Under the pieces are notes generated by a model that did no database searches, was not told where the DNA came from, and saw only the letters and a program-made list of their open reading frames with translations. From NCBI GenBank assembly GCA_000092065.1, contig CP000586.1: a stretch of DNA of 64,000 nucleotides. The stretch is one strand, 5' to 3'. Within the stretch, counting starts at the first letter, position 1, and each line of letters starts with the position of its first letter. The translations under genes were made by a program, and so were the position numbers. Shown here piece by piece: positions 37,573-47,900 of the stretch. The DNA comes from Ostreococcus lucimarinus. Taxonomy: Eukaryota.

Positions 37573-39351
37573 TTACATTTTAGCTTTATTCGTCGCGCGC
37601 GCCGCGCGCTCGAGGAGCAAGTACAGACCACCGCCGAGAAAGAAACTCACGAACCAGGCGTTGGCGTAAAGCCCGCGGAAGAAGGCGGAGCACGCGGGAT
37701 TGGCGCCGACGGCGTGCAAGAAGCCGGGCACGCAGACGCCGGCGCCGACGACGAAACTCGCCAACGCGCGCACGTTGAAGCCGTTGGCGTACCAGTACTG
37801 CGATTTCGCGTCCATGCTATACAGCGCGTCGATGTCCAGGGTTTGCTCGCGAACGAAGAAGTAGTCGGCGATCATGATGCCCGTGATCGGGCCGAGCAAC
37901 GCGGCGTATCCAATCAACCAGACGAAGATGAACCCGTCGCCCGCGGCGAGCTTCCAAGGCATGCACAACGTCCCGAGCGCGGCGGTGATGAAGCCGGCTT
38001 TTCGGAAGCTCATTGAACGGGGACATGCGTTCACCAACGCGTTCGCCGGCGCCACGACGTTGGCCGCGATGTTCGTCGAGAGCGTCGCTAACGACAGACC
38101 GCCCATCGCGAGAAACGTCGTGAGCGGTCCGGTGTTTATGCGCGAAACCAGTTCGATCGGATCGCTGATCGCGCCACCGAAGATGACGACGGTGCATGAC
38201 GTCACCGCCAGCGCTATGAATGAAAACATCGTCATGAACGCCGGCAAACCGACGGCTTGCCCGACGATTTGATCGCGTTGCGATTTCGCGTACCTGGTAA
38301 AGTCTGAAATATTGAGAGAAAGCGTCGACCAAAACCCGACCGTCGCGGTGAGAACGGGGAGCAACGCGCTCCAAAACTCGCCCGCTCGCGCGCCTCCGAC
38401 CGCGAACGCGCTCGGTGCGTCGAATATCGGCCCCACGCCTCCCGCCGCCGTCACCGCCCACGCGAACAACGCGAGCGAGAGCGAAATCAACACCGGCGCC
38501 GCGTACTCCTCGACGCGTCTGATCGACTCTATCCCGTGATACACCACCCACAATTGCGCCGCGAGAAACGTCAAGTAACACACCAACGCCTCGACGCTCA
38601 ACCCGAGCCACGGTAAAACCGTCCCGTTCGCCGCGAATCCCATCGCTCGCGTCATCGTCGCCAGCGCCTGTCCGCCCACGTTGGTCTGTATTCCGAACCA
38701 CCCGCACCCCACGATCGCGCGCGCGAACGTCGCCACGCTCGCTCCTCGCACCCCGAACGCGCTGCGGCAGTACACCGGGAATCCTATCCCGTATTTCGTC
38801 CCCGCCGCGCCGTTCGCGATCATCGGCGCCAGCACGAGCGCGTTCGCGCTCGCCACCACCGCCATCGCCTCCCCCGCCGCGAATCCCACGTCCACCACCT
38901 GCGCCACGAGCGTCCACGCGGGCACGCACACGACCAATCCGACCCACAGCGACGCCACGTCGCGCAGCGCGAACGTCCGCGCGCTCGCCAGCACGGGTTT
39001 TAAATCATCATTCGTCAGCGACGCGTCGGGCGACTCGGGTTCGACCGCCGCGATCGCCCACCGCGCCGCGCGCTCGGACGCGCGCGCCGCGCATCGCCGA
39101 CGACGCGACGGCGCGACGCGCGCGCGCGCGCGAAGAGGCGCGCGCGCGACGAGACGCACCGTCGTCGTCATGCAATGCCGTCGTCCGCGACGCGAACGGC
39201 GCGACGACGCGCCACACCGCGGCGCGCATGGCGTCCGTCGGGTTCGACGACGACGACGACGACGCGGACGATGGGTTCTGGGCGCGCGCGGGGAGGTGCG
39301 CGCGACGCGCGACGCGACGCGCGACCGCGAGCGGACGCGTCGATTCGTCAT
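37573..39351 (-). CDS. nucleobase:cation symporter-1 (NCS1; purine/uracil/allantoin permease, PLUTO-like), plastid-targeted
   Basis: A 12-TM permease with NCS1 motifs follows an approximately 100 aa Arg-rich presequence. The ATG is at 39351; the TTG at 39354 is the track start. Confidence 0.75.
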   Translation of the reverse strand: MTNRRVRSRSRVASRVARTSPRAPRTHRPRRRRRRRTRRTPCAPRCGASSRRSRRGRRHCMTTTVRLVARAPLRARARVAPSRRRRCAARASERAARWAIAAVEPESPDASLTNDDLKPVLASARTFALRDVASLWVGLVVCVPAWTLVAQVVDVGFAAGEAMAVVASANALVLAPMIANGAAGTKYGIGFPVYCRSAFGVRGASVATFARAIVGCGWFGIQTNVGGQALATMTRAMGFAANGTVLPWLGLSVEALVCYLTFLAAQLWVVYHGIESIRRVEEYAAPVLISLSLALFAWAVTAAGGVGPIFDAPSAFAVGGARAGEFWSALLPVLTATVGFWSTLSLNISDFTRYAKSQRDQIVGQAVGLPAFMTMFSFIALAVTSCTVVIFGGAISDPIELVSRINTGPLTTFLAMGGLSLATLSTNIAANVVAPANALVNACPRSMSFRKAGFITAALGTLCMPWKLAAGDGFIFVWLIGYAALLGPITGIMIADYFFVREQTLDIDALYSMDAKSQYWYANGFNVRALASFVVGAGVCVPGFLHAVGANPACSAFFRGLYANAWFVSFFLGGGLYLLLERAARATNKAKM

Positions 39352-39620
39352 CAAGATGACGCGCCGACGACGACGACGACGACGACGCGCGCGATGGCGC
39401 GACGAACGCGTCGCGACGACGACGACGATGCGCGCGCGAACGTGACTGACGAAATCGCGACGACGACGACGACGACGACAGCGTGTTGGACGCGGTGGAG
39501 GAGAGCCTGACGCAGCGGCGACGCGGCGACGAGACGGCGACGACGACGAAGGCGACGACGAACGCGCGCGGAACGACGCGCGGAGACGATGGGACGACCG
39601 CGAGCGAGGAGTTGCGACAG

Positions 39621-41675
39621 ATGCTGATCGAGCGCGACGCGCGGTTGGGGATGCTGCGGTCGAAGTTGGATATGGTGGAGCGCGAGAATGAAAATTTGAA
39701 GCGAAACGGCGCGAGCGCGAGCGGCGACGGCGGCGGAGGGGCGCGGGGGGGGGCGGGGGAGGTGAATTACGGCGCGGTGGGGGGGGCGAATGGGGCGAAC
39801 GCTCGCGCGGCGCCGACGTCGACGAACGCGGCGAGCGTCGTGGCGAAGGCGGAGGTGCAGGATTTAAAGCAGCAGTTGGCGACGCTTCGATCGAAGTTGG
39901 CGTTTAAAGAGGAAGAGATCACCGAGGCGCGCAGGCTGGAGGACGACGCGCGAGCGAAGTTGCGCGCGGCGAATGACGAGCGCACGAAACTCGCCGCGGA
40001 AGTTCGCGCCGAACGCCGGGCGAGGGCGTCGGCGGGACAAAAGCGACCGTCGCGAGACGAGAGCCAAGAGACGGCGGCGAACAAGCGACAGAGAACGGGC
40101 GGCGCAAGCGGTGGGGATGTGTTAGGAAGCGAAGCGCGAGTTGGTGAACGTACGACTGGAATGAGCGCTGGTGGCAGTCATCGACGCGCGCGCGAAGGTT
40201 TGAGCGTGGCGTCGCCGCCCGAAACGCTCGCGTTGGCGCTTCCGATGGCGCCGCCCGACGTCGCGGCGACGCTGTACCAACGCGGCGTCAGCGGGTATTA
40301 CTCGAGCGATAACGTCTTCGCGCGGTTGATGAACGACGTTCCGCTCGATGTGAGTTCTTTTTTAGCGAAACCAAACGAATCATCGGTCGTGAGTGCGGAG
40401 TTGGTGAACCCCGTGCGCGCGGCGCTCATGAATTTGGCGACGAATCCGGATTCGACGGTGGCGCTCACGCGCGCGCTCGTCGAGTCCATCGTAGAAACAT
40501 CGAATTCCATCACGTCTTCGGCGCACTACGCGCACGTGACGTCGATATTGCGAATTCTTTCCGCGCTCGCGATGATTGATGGGCGAAGCCTGAGCATCGT
40601 GCTCGGCGCGTGCGGGGCGCAGAGAAATCAAACCGTCGCGACGGTCACAGCGCACGGGTCGCCGCCAGCGTCTTTGGCGGGGATTCCCGGTTTAGGCGGA
40701 GCGGGCATGGGTACGCTCGTCGCGCATCCGCGCGCACACAGCGGTCGTATCTTCGTTCCGGCGTCCATGAGTTCGACGAATCACGCGTCCGCGCCGACGC
40801 CAAAACCGACGAAGACGACGAAGAGCAGGTTGTCGGGGAGCCAAGGGGGAGAGGCACCGGAGGTGGCGCCGTTTTTGGAGACATTGATACAGTTACTCAC
40901 CGATGCGAAGTGTGATGGTCAGTGGCGCGTCGTCGACGCCGTGATCGTGGCGCTCATTCGATTCGCGAGCGGTGTGGGCGTGGAGAATGGCCGGGGCGCG
41001 TTTGGCGCCGTGGCGCAAAAGCACAGCGGCTTTGGATCGTGCCTGAAATCGATCGCCCCGAACAGCACACGGTTCTTGGCGCTCATGCTCATTCGAATGT
41101 TGGCGCCCACGCCCGAATTTCAGTCGTTCCTCTGTGAACCACTCGACGTCGAGCGAGGGATTGAAAAGCCGCCGACGCCTGAACGGCGCAAGCGAGCGAC
41201 GTTGTTCGCCGCGATTCTGAGTTGCCTCCGAGCAGATTGCGTGGAGGAAAACGGCTTGATCTTCGTCATTAAGTCCTCATACGTGGCGCACGCCACGCCT
41301 GAGCAGAGCGGCACGCTTCAAGAGGCGGCGCTCCGCGTGTTAAGAACGCTCGCCTTCATCGGCTGGTCCGAGTACGGCGCCGCCGCCGTCGCCGTCAACG
41401 CCCTCGACGTCCTCGCCGCCGTCGCCGTCGAAGAGTACGTCTCCCCGCTCCCCGTGGCGCACTCCAAATCATCAACAGCCCTTCACCAAGCCACCAGGCT
41501 CGTCCACGCCCTGCTCGACGAGCACTACGACGCCCATCTTCCTCGCCTCTTGGGCGCTCGCAAGAGTCAGCGCGTCATCGCCCGTCTCGCCCACCTGAGT
41601 TCCGCCAGCGGCGGCGGTCGCGAATCTCGCATGGCCGATTGGCTCGGCCGCATTTTACTCAAGGTGCGCGAGTGA
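39621..41675 (+). CDS. hypothetical protein: N-terminal coiled coil + C-terminal helical-repeat (ARM/HEAT-like) region
   Basis: The track start at 39483 is GTG and the first ATG is 39621 (MLIERDARLGMLRSKLDMVERENENLKRN). The protein is long, with a Gly-rich linker. No specific family can be assigned from sequence alone. Confidence 0.45.
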   Translation: MLIERDARLGMLRSKLDMVERENENLKRNGASASGDGGGGARGGAGEVNYGAVGGANGANARAAPTSTNAASVVAKAEVQDLKQQLATLRSKLAFKEEEITEARRLEDDARAKLRAANDERTKLAAEVRAERRARASAGQKRPSRDESQETAANKRQRTGGASGGDVLGSEARVGERTTGMSAGGSHRRAREGLSVASPPETLALALPMAPPDVAATLYQRGVSGYYSSDNVFARLMNDVPLDVSSFLAKPNESSVVSAELVNPVRAALMNLATNPDSTVALTRALVESIVETSNSITSSAHYAHVTSILRILSALAMIDGRSLSIVLGACGAQRNQTVATVTAHGSPPASLAGIPGLGGAGMGTLVAHPRAHSGRIFVPASMSSTNHASAPTPKPTKTTKSRLSGSQGGEAPEVAPFLETLIQLLTDAKCDGQWRVVDAVIVALIRFASGVGVENGRGAFGAVAQKHSGFGSCLKSIAPNSTRFLALMLIRMLAPTPEFQSFLCEPLDVERGIEKPPTPERRKRATLFAAILSCLRADCVEENGLIFVIKSSYVAHATPEQSGTLQEAALRVLRTLAFIGWSEYGAAAVAVNALDVLAAVAVEEYVSPLPVAHSKSSTALHQATRLVHALLDEHYDAHLPRLLGARKSQRVIARLAHLSSASGGGRESRMADWLGRILLKVRE

Positions 41676-41810
41676 CCGACCTTTTTAGCGCATCCGCAGT
41701 CGTCGCGACGGCGAGTCGCCCTCGCACCGGCGGCGCCGCGATTTAGCGATTTAAACCCGTCTCCAGCTGTCGTCGATCCTCTGTCCCCGCACACGCGCGC
41801 GCGAGCCGTC

Positions 41811-44438
41811 ATGTCCGCGACCGACGCCGTGGACGAGCGCCAGCGAATCACGCGAAGCGCGCCCACCGCGCACCGCGTCGCCGTCGCCGTGATCGCCGCG
41901 CGCGTCGCGTTCGACCCGCTCGGATTCGGCGGTCGCCGCGCCGGCGTCTGGGAGGACGCCCTCGCGCGCGCGCCGACGCGCGTGGACGAAGACCCGGCGC
42001 GATGCGTGCGCGACGTGCGCGCGGCGCACGCGAAGTGCGCGGTCGACGCGCTCGCGGGCGGAGGGACGCGCGAACGGAGCGCGACGGAGACGACGCGGGC
42101 GCTGCGAGCGGCGCTGGAAGACGCGACGGCGAGCGAGACGAACGAAGACGCGACGGAACGCGCGGCGCGCGATGCGATCGTGCGATGGGGATTGGAGAGG
42201 TTTTTGGACGAATTGATGGAGGTGTCGGAGAGTTTGGACGATTTGGAGGCGTTTTTTGAGGACGCGCGATGCGTGGCGGCGAACGCGCGCGCGGAGGATT
42301 ACGAGGCGGAATACGGATTCGAGACGCGGGACGTCGAGGGGTGGACGCCGATCGGAATGTTTTTGAAGCGGTGTTATCTGGGGTTTAATTTATTGCCGTT
42401 TGAGGCGACGCTGACGTTGCTGGATGAGGTGCGGGCGTACGCGGAGGAGGTCGCGCGGGCAATCCAAGGCGACGAAAACGAGCCGCCGAGCGGGAGAACG
42501 TGCGCGGCGCCGGATGTGCTGACGACGCTCGTCACGCGCGCCGTCGAGGCGTACGATACGCACGCCGTAGATGCCGATCGAGTTTTACCGCCGGAAGCGC
42601 TCGAGGATCTGCGGGATTTGGCGCCCGAAGTGCCGACGCTGCACTACTTGCGTCACGCAGCGGCGTTGCGACGGAAAGATTACCCAGCGGCGGTGGAGCA
42701 TTTACATCGACACTTTGACATCAGCGGCGAGCACAACGAGTTGAGAGCGGATTTAGGAGGCGATAACGTTTTAGTGGGCGGGTTTGAAAGCGCCAACGCC
42801 GGGCGCGAGCGGTTGCAGACGGCGTTATTGGCGCTCGCGTCCACGCAGCTGGCGTTTTCGCACGCGGACGAGGCGACGTTTGCGATTTCCGAAGCCGTGC
42901 GCACGGCGCAGCAGAATGGTGACGAGGCGTCGTTGGCGCACGCTCTCGCGCTCACAACGGCATTGTTGTCGCGAGCACCTTTGGACGCGTCGAGTCATCG
43001 AGCGTCGCACCAAGACGAGCAACTGCCGACGCTGCTCCGACGATTGACGGCGCAAGCGGCGGAGCTGGCGTCGCCGCATCTCATCGCCTACGCCTCGCTC
43101 GCACTCACAAAGTACGCGATCGACAACCCGTCTCGGGCACTTGGGTCACATTCGCACGCGCCCGGCGGTGGTGCCTTGTCTCGCGCGGCTCGAGGTGGCG
43201 TAGACATCGTGACGACGCCGGCGCTCGCGACGCGAAACCTCGTCGACATCGAGTTAACGCGACACTTCACTCAACTCGTCTCCGCCACGCCCGCATCCGC
43301 GGCGTCGTTAGCATTAGCGCGTGAGTCATCGGGTGACGGCGTGCTCGGCGCTGGGAACGATTTGTACCCACCGCCCAAAGGTTTCGCGTCGACGCCGACG
43401 TGTGGGTACACGCTGAGCGCCACGGCGACGGCGCTCAGGAGCTTGACGGGTACTGCGTCTACGCTCGCTGCGGAGGGTTGGAGCACGTATGGGTGCAAAT
43501 ATATCGGTCGACTGTACGCTGTTCGTCAGCTTTACCTCGATCGCGAAGCCTCGGCGGATGAAACCGCGACGAGTTGCGCGACGCTCATCGCTGCGGCGAG
43601 CGAGTGCGAAGGCGTTGAAGCCGCCGACGAAGTGTGTCGACACGTCGAAGAAATATTCGGCAAAGATGGATGCGAAAACAAGTTTTCTGCCCTGGCGTTT
43701 TTAAGGCTACACTACGACCGCGCCGTAGGCGTTGGTTCGTACGCGACCGCGAGACGCGCCGCTCAGCGCATGCTCGCCGTCATCGACGCGAAGTCGGGAG
43801 CAGACAACGCGGCGTACTTTGAAGCGAGGCGGATGAACGCAAACCTGGACAGGCTGATGAAGAACTTCGATGATGCCCAAAAAGAGTTGAACGCACTCAT
43901 CGCTGACGCCGAGAAAGTGAAGGACGAGCACGCGGCGATGTGGGCCAAAATCTCACTCGCCGAGACGCATCTGAGCGCCGGCGCGCCAACGTTGGCGTTG
44001 ATGCGCGCTCTACCGCTCGAGCTCGAAGCGTCCGAAAGTGGTGTCGAGCCGATTCAAACGCGTGCCTTGTGCATAATGTGCGAGTCTTGGCTCGAGCTCG
44101 GAAACTCGCACGCGCAACTCGCGCGCGACGCGTTGGACGCGCGCGCGCTTGAGCTCCTATCGAGCGACGATTTGCGCTTGCAAGCCAGAGCGTACGTCGC
44201 GTGCGCGCGCGCGCTCATCGCCACGACCGTCGATTCTGGTCATGCATCGATCGCATCTCGCGTCATCGATGCCCTCGAGCGCGCTGCGGAGCGTTACGCC
44301 AAGCTCGGCGCCCATCGCGACGCGGCGATGACGTACGCTCGTCTCGCCAAGGCGCGCGCGCGATTCGACATGGATACCGTCGCTGCCGCCGCCAAGTGCC
44401 GCGAACACGCGAACGCCTCGTTATATTTCGCTACGTAG
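41811..44438 (+). CDS. TPR-containing protein, anaphase-promoting complex subunit 5 (APC5)-like
   Basis: An 875-aa helical-repeat protein. The segment ...YLRHAAALRRKDYPAAVEHLHRHFD resembles the APC5 ...LHRYFD region, and C-terminal TPR-like repeats are present. The assignment is tentative. Confidence 0.45.
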   Translation: MSATDAVDERQRITRSAPTAHRVAVAVIAARVAFDPLGFGGRRAGVWEDALARAPTRVDEDPARCVRDVRAAHAKCAVDALAGGGTRERSATETTRALRAALEDATASETNEDATERAARDAIVRWGLERFLDELMEVSESLDDLEAFFEDARCVAANARAEDYEAEYGFETRDVEGWTPIGMFLKRCYLGFNLLPFEATLTLLDEVRAYAEEVARAIQGDENEPPSGRTCAAPDVLTTLVTRAVEAYDTHAVDADRVLPPEALEDLRDLAPEVPTLHYLRHAAALRRKDYPAAVEHLHRHFDISGEHNELRADLGGDNVLVGGFESANAGRERLQTALLALASTQLAFSHADEATFAISEAVRTAQQNGDEASLAHALALTTALLSRAPLDASSHRASHQDEQLPTLLRRLTAQAAELASPHLIAYASLALTKYAIDNPSRALGSHSHAPGGGALSRAARGGVDIVTTPALATRNLVDIELTRHFTQLVSATPASAASLALARESSGDGVLGAGNDLYPPPKGFASTPTCGYTLSATATALRSLTGTASTLAAEGWSTYGCKYIGRLYAVRQLYLDREASADETATSCATLIAAASECEGVEAADEVCRHVEEIFGKDGCENKFSALAFLRLHYDRAVGVGSYATARRAAQRMLAVIDAKSGADNAAYFEARRMNANLDRLMKNFDDAQKELNALIADAEKVKDEHAAMWAKISLAETHLSAGAPTLALMRALPLELEASESGVEPIQTRALCIMCESWLELGNSHAQLARDALDARALELLSSDDLRLQARAYVACARALIATTVDSGHASIASRVIDALERAAERYAKLGAHRDAAMTYARLAKARARFDMDTVAAAAKCREHANASLYFAT

Positions 44439-44599
44439 CACCGTCTTCCACCCTGCGCTCGCTCACGATTGTAACATAACGAAATGATTTGTACGCTCGT
44501 CTTCGTCTTCGCGCTTCAACCCGACGCCTTACCAACCGTCGTCCCCCATCGTGCGACGCGCGTCCCCGACACGCCTCGCGCGCGCGCCGACGGGCCGCG

Positions 44600-44740
44600 A
44601 TGGGGGACGCCATCGTAGCGGCGACGCAGTTGAATGACGTTCGCGTCATCATCGCGTTGTTCATCGTCGGTGCGACGTCGATCGCGCTGACGCTTCACTG
44701 GGTGCTTCGAACGGTGTTGCCCTGGTTTATAGGACTCGCG
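44600..44740 (+). CDS. SABRE/KIP/BLTP2 (Fmp27/Hobbit)-like bridge lipid-transfer protein, exon 1 (N-terminal TM anchor)
   Basis: ATG at 44600. MGDAIVAATQLNDVRVIIALFIVGATSIALTLHWVLRTVLPWFIGLA is 47 codons and ends at a GTGCGT donor at 44741. It corresponds to the N-terminal TM helix of SABRE proteins. Confidence 0.55.
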
Positions 44741-44900
44741 GTGCGTCATTGCGCGGCTTCGACGCCTCGAAACGGTCGCGCGATTTCCTTTACGTCGATG
44801 CGACGCGCGAAAGGACGGACGGCGCACGATGGCGGCGGAAGATCGATGAATGATTACTCGACGTGGGACAGTCGACTGACGACGCGAATGGCGACGACAG
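44741..44900 (+). other. spliceosomal intron of the SABRE/BLTP2-like gene (160 nt; GTGCGT...ACTGAC...ACAG)
   Basis: Both exons are in phase 0. The branch motif lies 23 nt upstream of the AG. Confidence 0.55.
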
Positions 44901-47900
44901 GCGAGCTTCGTCAATCGAAGCGGGTTGCGATTGAGTATCGATAGTTTCGGGATCACGAGCGTGCGTGGAGTGAGCGTGAGCTTTAACAAGCCCGGCACGG
45001 CGCTGCGTAGGGTGCAGATTGCGGAGATTGCGTACGTGGGGAACGCGTCGACCATCGTGACGTGGTTGTTGAATTTCGCGTTGCGCAAGGCGAGCGGGAA
45101 GCATTTACGGGATGATTTGCCGCGCGTGGGTGAAAAGAATGGTAAAACCAGAAGTAAAAGTGATGATGGGTTCGCGGAGATGACGCCTCGTGGTAACGAT
45201 AGTCCGTCATCGGATGGAACGCCGGCGAGCGGACGAAGACGGTTCATACGCTTTGGCGTCGGATCGCTCAAGGCGGCGTTCGTGGTGTCGGGCGTAGAAA
45301 TTACGACGCGGAGTAAAGCCGACATAAATACGGAGGATGGGTTGCAAAAGCAGTCGTCTGATTTAGGTCGCGCAAAAATGACGAACACTAAAAAGAAGGC
45401 GATGACGCGCGGCAAGTGGAGATTGATGAAGGGCATCGCGTCCTTTGTCGACATCACGGTCGTATCGCTGACGGTGCGCGAAGAAGATGATGATGACGTC
45501 GACATGTTGTTTTGTGATAAACTCACGTTTGAAGCGTCTGGCAAGGCCGGAGCTTCGCTGAAATTCCTCATCACGGCACGTATGCTGCGAGGCAAGGATG
45601 GTTGGAGCATGACAGACACCAACGTGAACCTCGTCGCGGAGTTTGATTCCGAGACGAAAACTATCGTACCTGTGCACGCGGGATTGAGTGGTTCGACCTT
45701 GTCTCTCGTGAAGCGTGTTGGCGAGCGAGCGAAGAAGATCGAGACGAAAACAGATTTGGCGCCGATTACCGTCAAACAACAGCAAGGTCCGCACAAGGCT
45801 GTGAGGGGTCTACTCAAAGTGCCGAGGAAATGCAAGATAGAATTTAAACGCGTCGTGATGGAGAATAAGAACCAGGAAGCACCGTTGACTGGCGTGATGA
45901 CGCATATGCAATTCTCGGTCGAGAGAGTGAGCGCGTCCAAAAAGGGATTTCGTCTCTTTCGAAAGCAACAGCAAGTCGTCTCGCCGTTTGCCTCCACGGC
46001 GTTCGAGGCGGACGCGTGGGCAGAGGTGAATATGTCCGTGGCGGATGCAAAATTAGTGCATGGAAAGCATCAGACATTAGCTCTCATCAACGCGCCGAGT
46101 GCCTCGGTATTCTTGTCGCTTTCAGAGAAAGCACTCGGCGACGGCGGCAAATTGCCCGCCACCGCAACGTTTACGGTGGATTCGTGCGATTTTAGGCACC
46201 ATGCCGATGCGGCAGATTTAGTCGCTGCGTTAAAGGCGCAGAAAACGAAATCAAGAAACGGCTCCACTAAGTCGACGAACACAAAAAAGAACTCGGCGCC
46301 GTGGGACGTCGTCGATGCGCAGATGATGTGCAAAACGTCGCTATGCGCGAGAATGTACGACGAGCACGGGGCAACATCGTGTCAGTTTCTCACCGAGCAG
46401 ATTCGTGGTCGATATGGAAATTTAGTCGATGAAGGGACGTGTATGCTAGTTAGTTCGAGCGCGTCAGACAAGCGCGGCGTGTGCACGATGTCACGCGTAC
46501 AAGTGACGGTTCCCGGTTACCACCCCGTCGTGCAGATTGAAGCCATCAGCGTTGCGCTATCCGAAGCTGCCGGAAACGCGGTTGAGTTGTCGGAAACTAC
46601 CATCGATTTGAACATGAACGAAGCAGGTGAACTCGCAAAGAAGATTGATGCCGTCGCGAAGCGCGCCAAGGCAACCATGGCGAGCGCAAAAGGCGATTCG
46701 TCTGACAAGGCGACGTCTTCAAATAAGGTGAAGAAATCTACACGCGTCATCTTGGTCGACACAGCGATGCGTGCTCGATGCACGATGACGCCTTACTCGA
46801 CGTTCGGTGAGATACCGCAAAACTCGCGCGGCGATGAGCCTGTAGAGTGCGCGCTCGACATAAGTTGTCCGCTCGCAGAGATGTCGCAGCCGGAGGCAAA
46901 CTTAACGAGAATGGCGGCGGGTGGTTTCACAGTCTCTATGTACGACACCATTCAAAGACCCGCCAAAGCCGAAGAGGCGAAGAAAGATTCGCGGTGGGTC
47001 GGACGAGTCAATTACGAAGAAGTCGCGGTAGAGAACAACCGCGTGATGCTAGTCGGAAGTCTCGATGTTGAGTACAAACAAGGCGCCAACAAGCGCGCGG
47101 CAGTATCCGTGGAAGGCGTCGAATTTGATTGGGAACCGGATGCGCATTTTCTCGCACTAGAAATTTCAAACCTGGCAAAGGCTGCAAAGCCAGCAAAGAT
47201 GTCGACTGACGGTACGCAAAACGCCTCGAAGGATCAAACAAAATTGGATCTTTCGTTTGACGTGCGCAAAGTCAGCGGCTCGTTCTTTGTCACGCCGGGC
47301 GCGTGCGCGCAAGTATCATTTGGACTTATGGACGCGCGCCCACTCGAAAAAACGTGCTGCGTGAGAGATGTGACTTTTGGTATGAACGGATACACGATAA
47401 CGGAGTTAGAATTGATCTCCGTAACTCAAGACGAGTGCGAACGCACGTTGCCTCATGTCGCAGCGATCACACACGAAGACGCCGAAGACATCGCCAGGCG
47501 CCGCAAGTTTCAAATTGTGGTTGAGAAGGCAAAGCTCATGCTTCCCGCAAACTTAGACCTCGGCGACGCCATGGTAGCCATGATTATAGGCGAAGCGGTA
47601 TTCTCCGACGTCGTGAAAACGACTGGGAAGCGCGCAAAGAAGGAGCGAATTTCGTTGGCTGCCAATTTACCCGCCTGCGCCGAATCGTCTCCGTCAAAAC
47701 CGGCGACTGAAATCAATGTCAAGGTCAGCAGTATCGAAATTGAAGTCGAAGACTCGAATGATTTGGAGCGTTTTATGCGTGCAAAGCAAGCTGCATTGGG
47801 ATCTTGCATCGCGGCCGCGGAGTTTACGTCTTCCACTGAAGAGGCGATGCGAAGCATCACCACGACGTATCTCCAGCATAAGGAATTCTTAGCAAACGGC

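Noticed and set aside
36813-37631. 272-aa minus-strand ORF and overlapping plus-strand ORFs (36978..37385, 37382..37567) in the long spacer
   Set aside because: All are poly-Arg/Ser/Ala translations of GC-rich spacer DNA containing the 48-bp duplication. None shows a domain. Only the 36892..37482 ORF is kept as a low-interest observation.
39483-39620. ORF-track start (GTG) of the coiled-coil protein and the overlapping 39175..39510 ORF
   Set aside because: The sequence is (GAC)n/(ACG)n repeat-derived (poly-Thr/Asp/Arg). There is no ATG until 39621, so it is treated as 5' UTR or promoter repeat.
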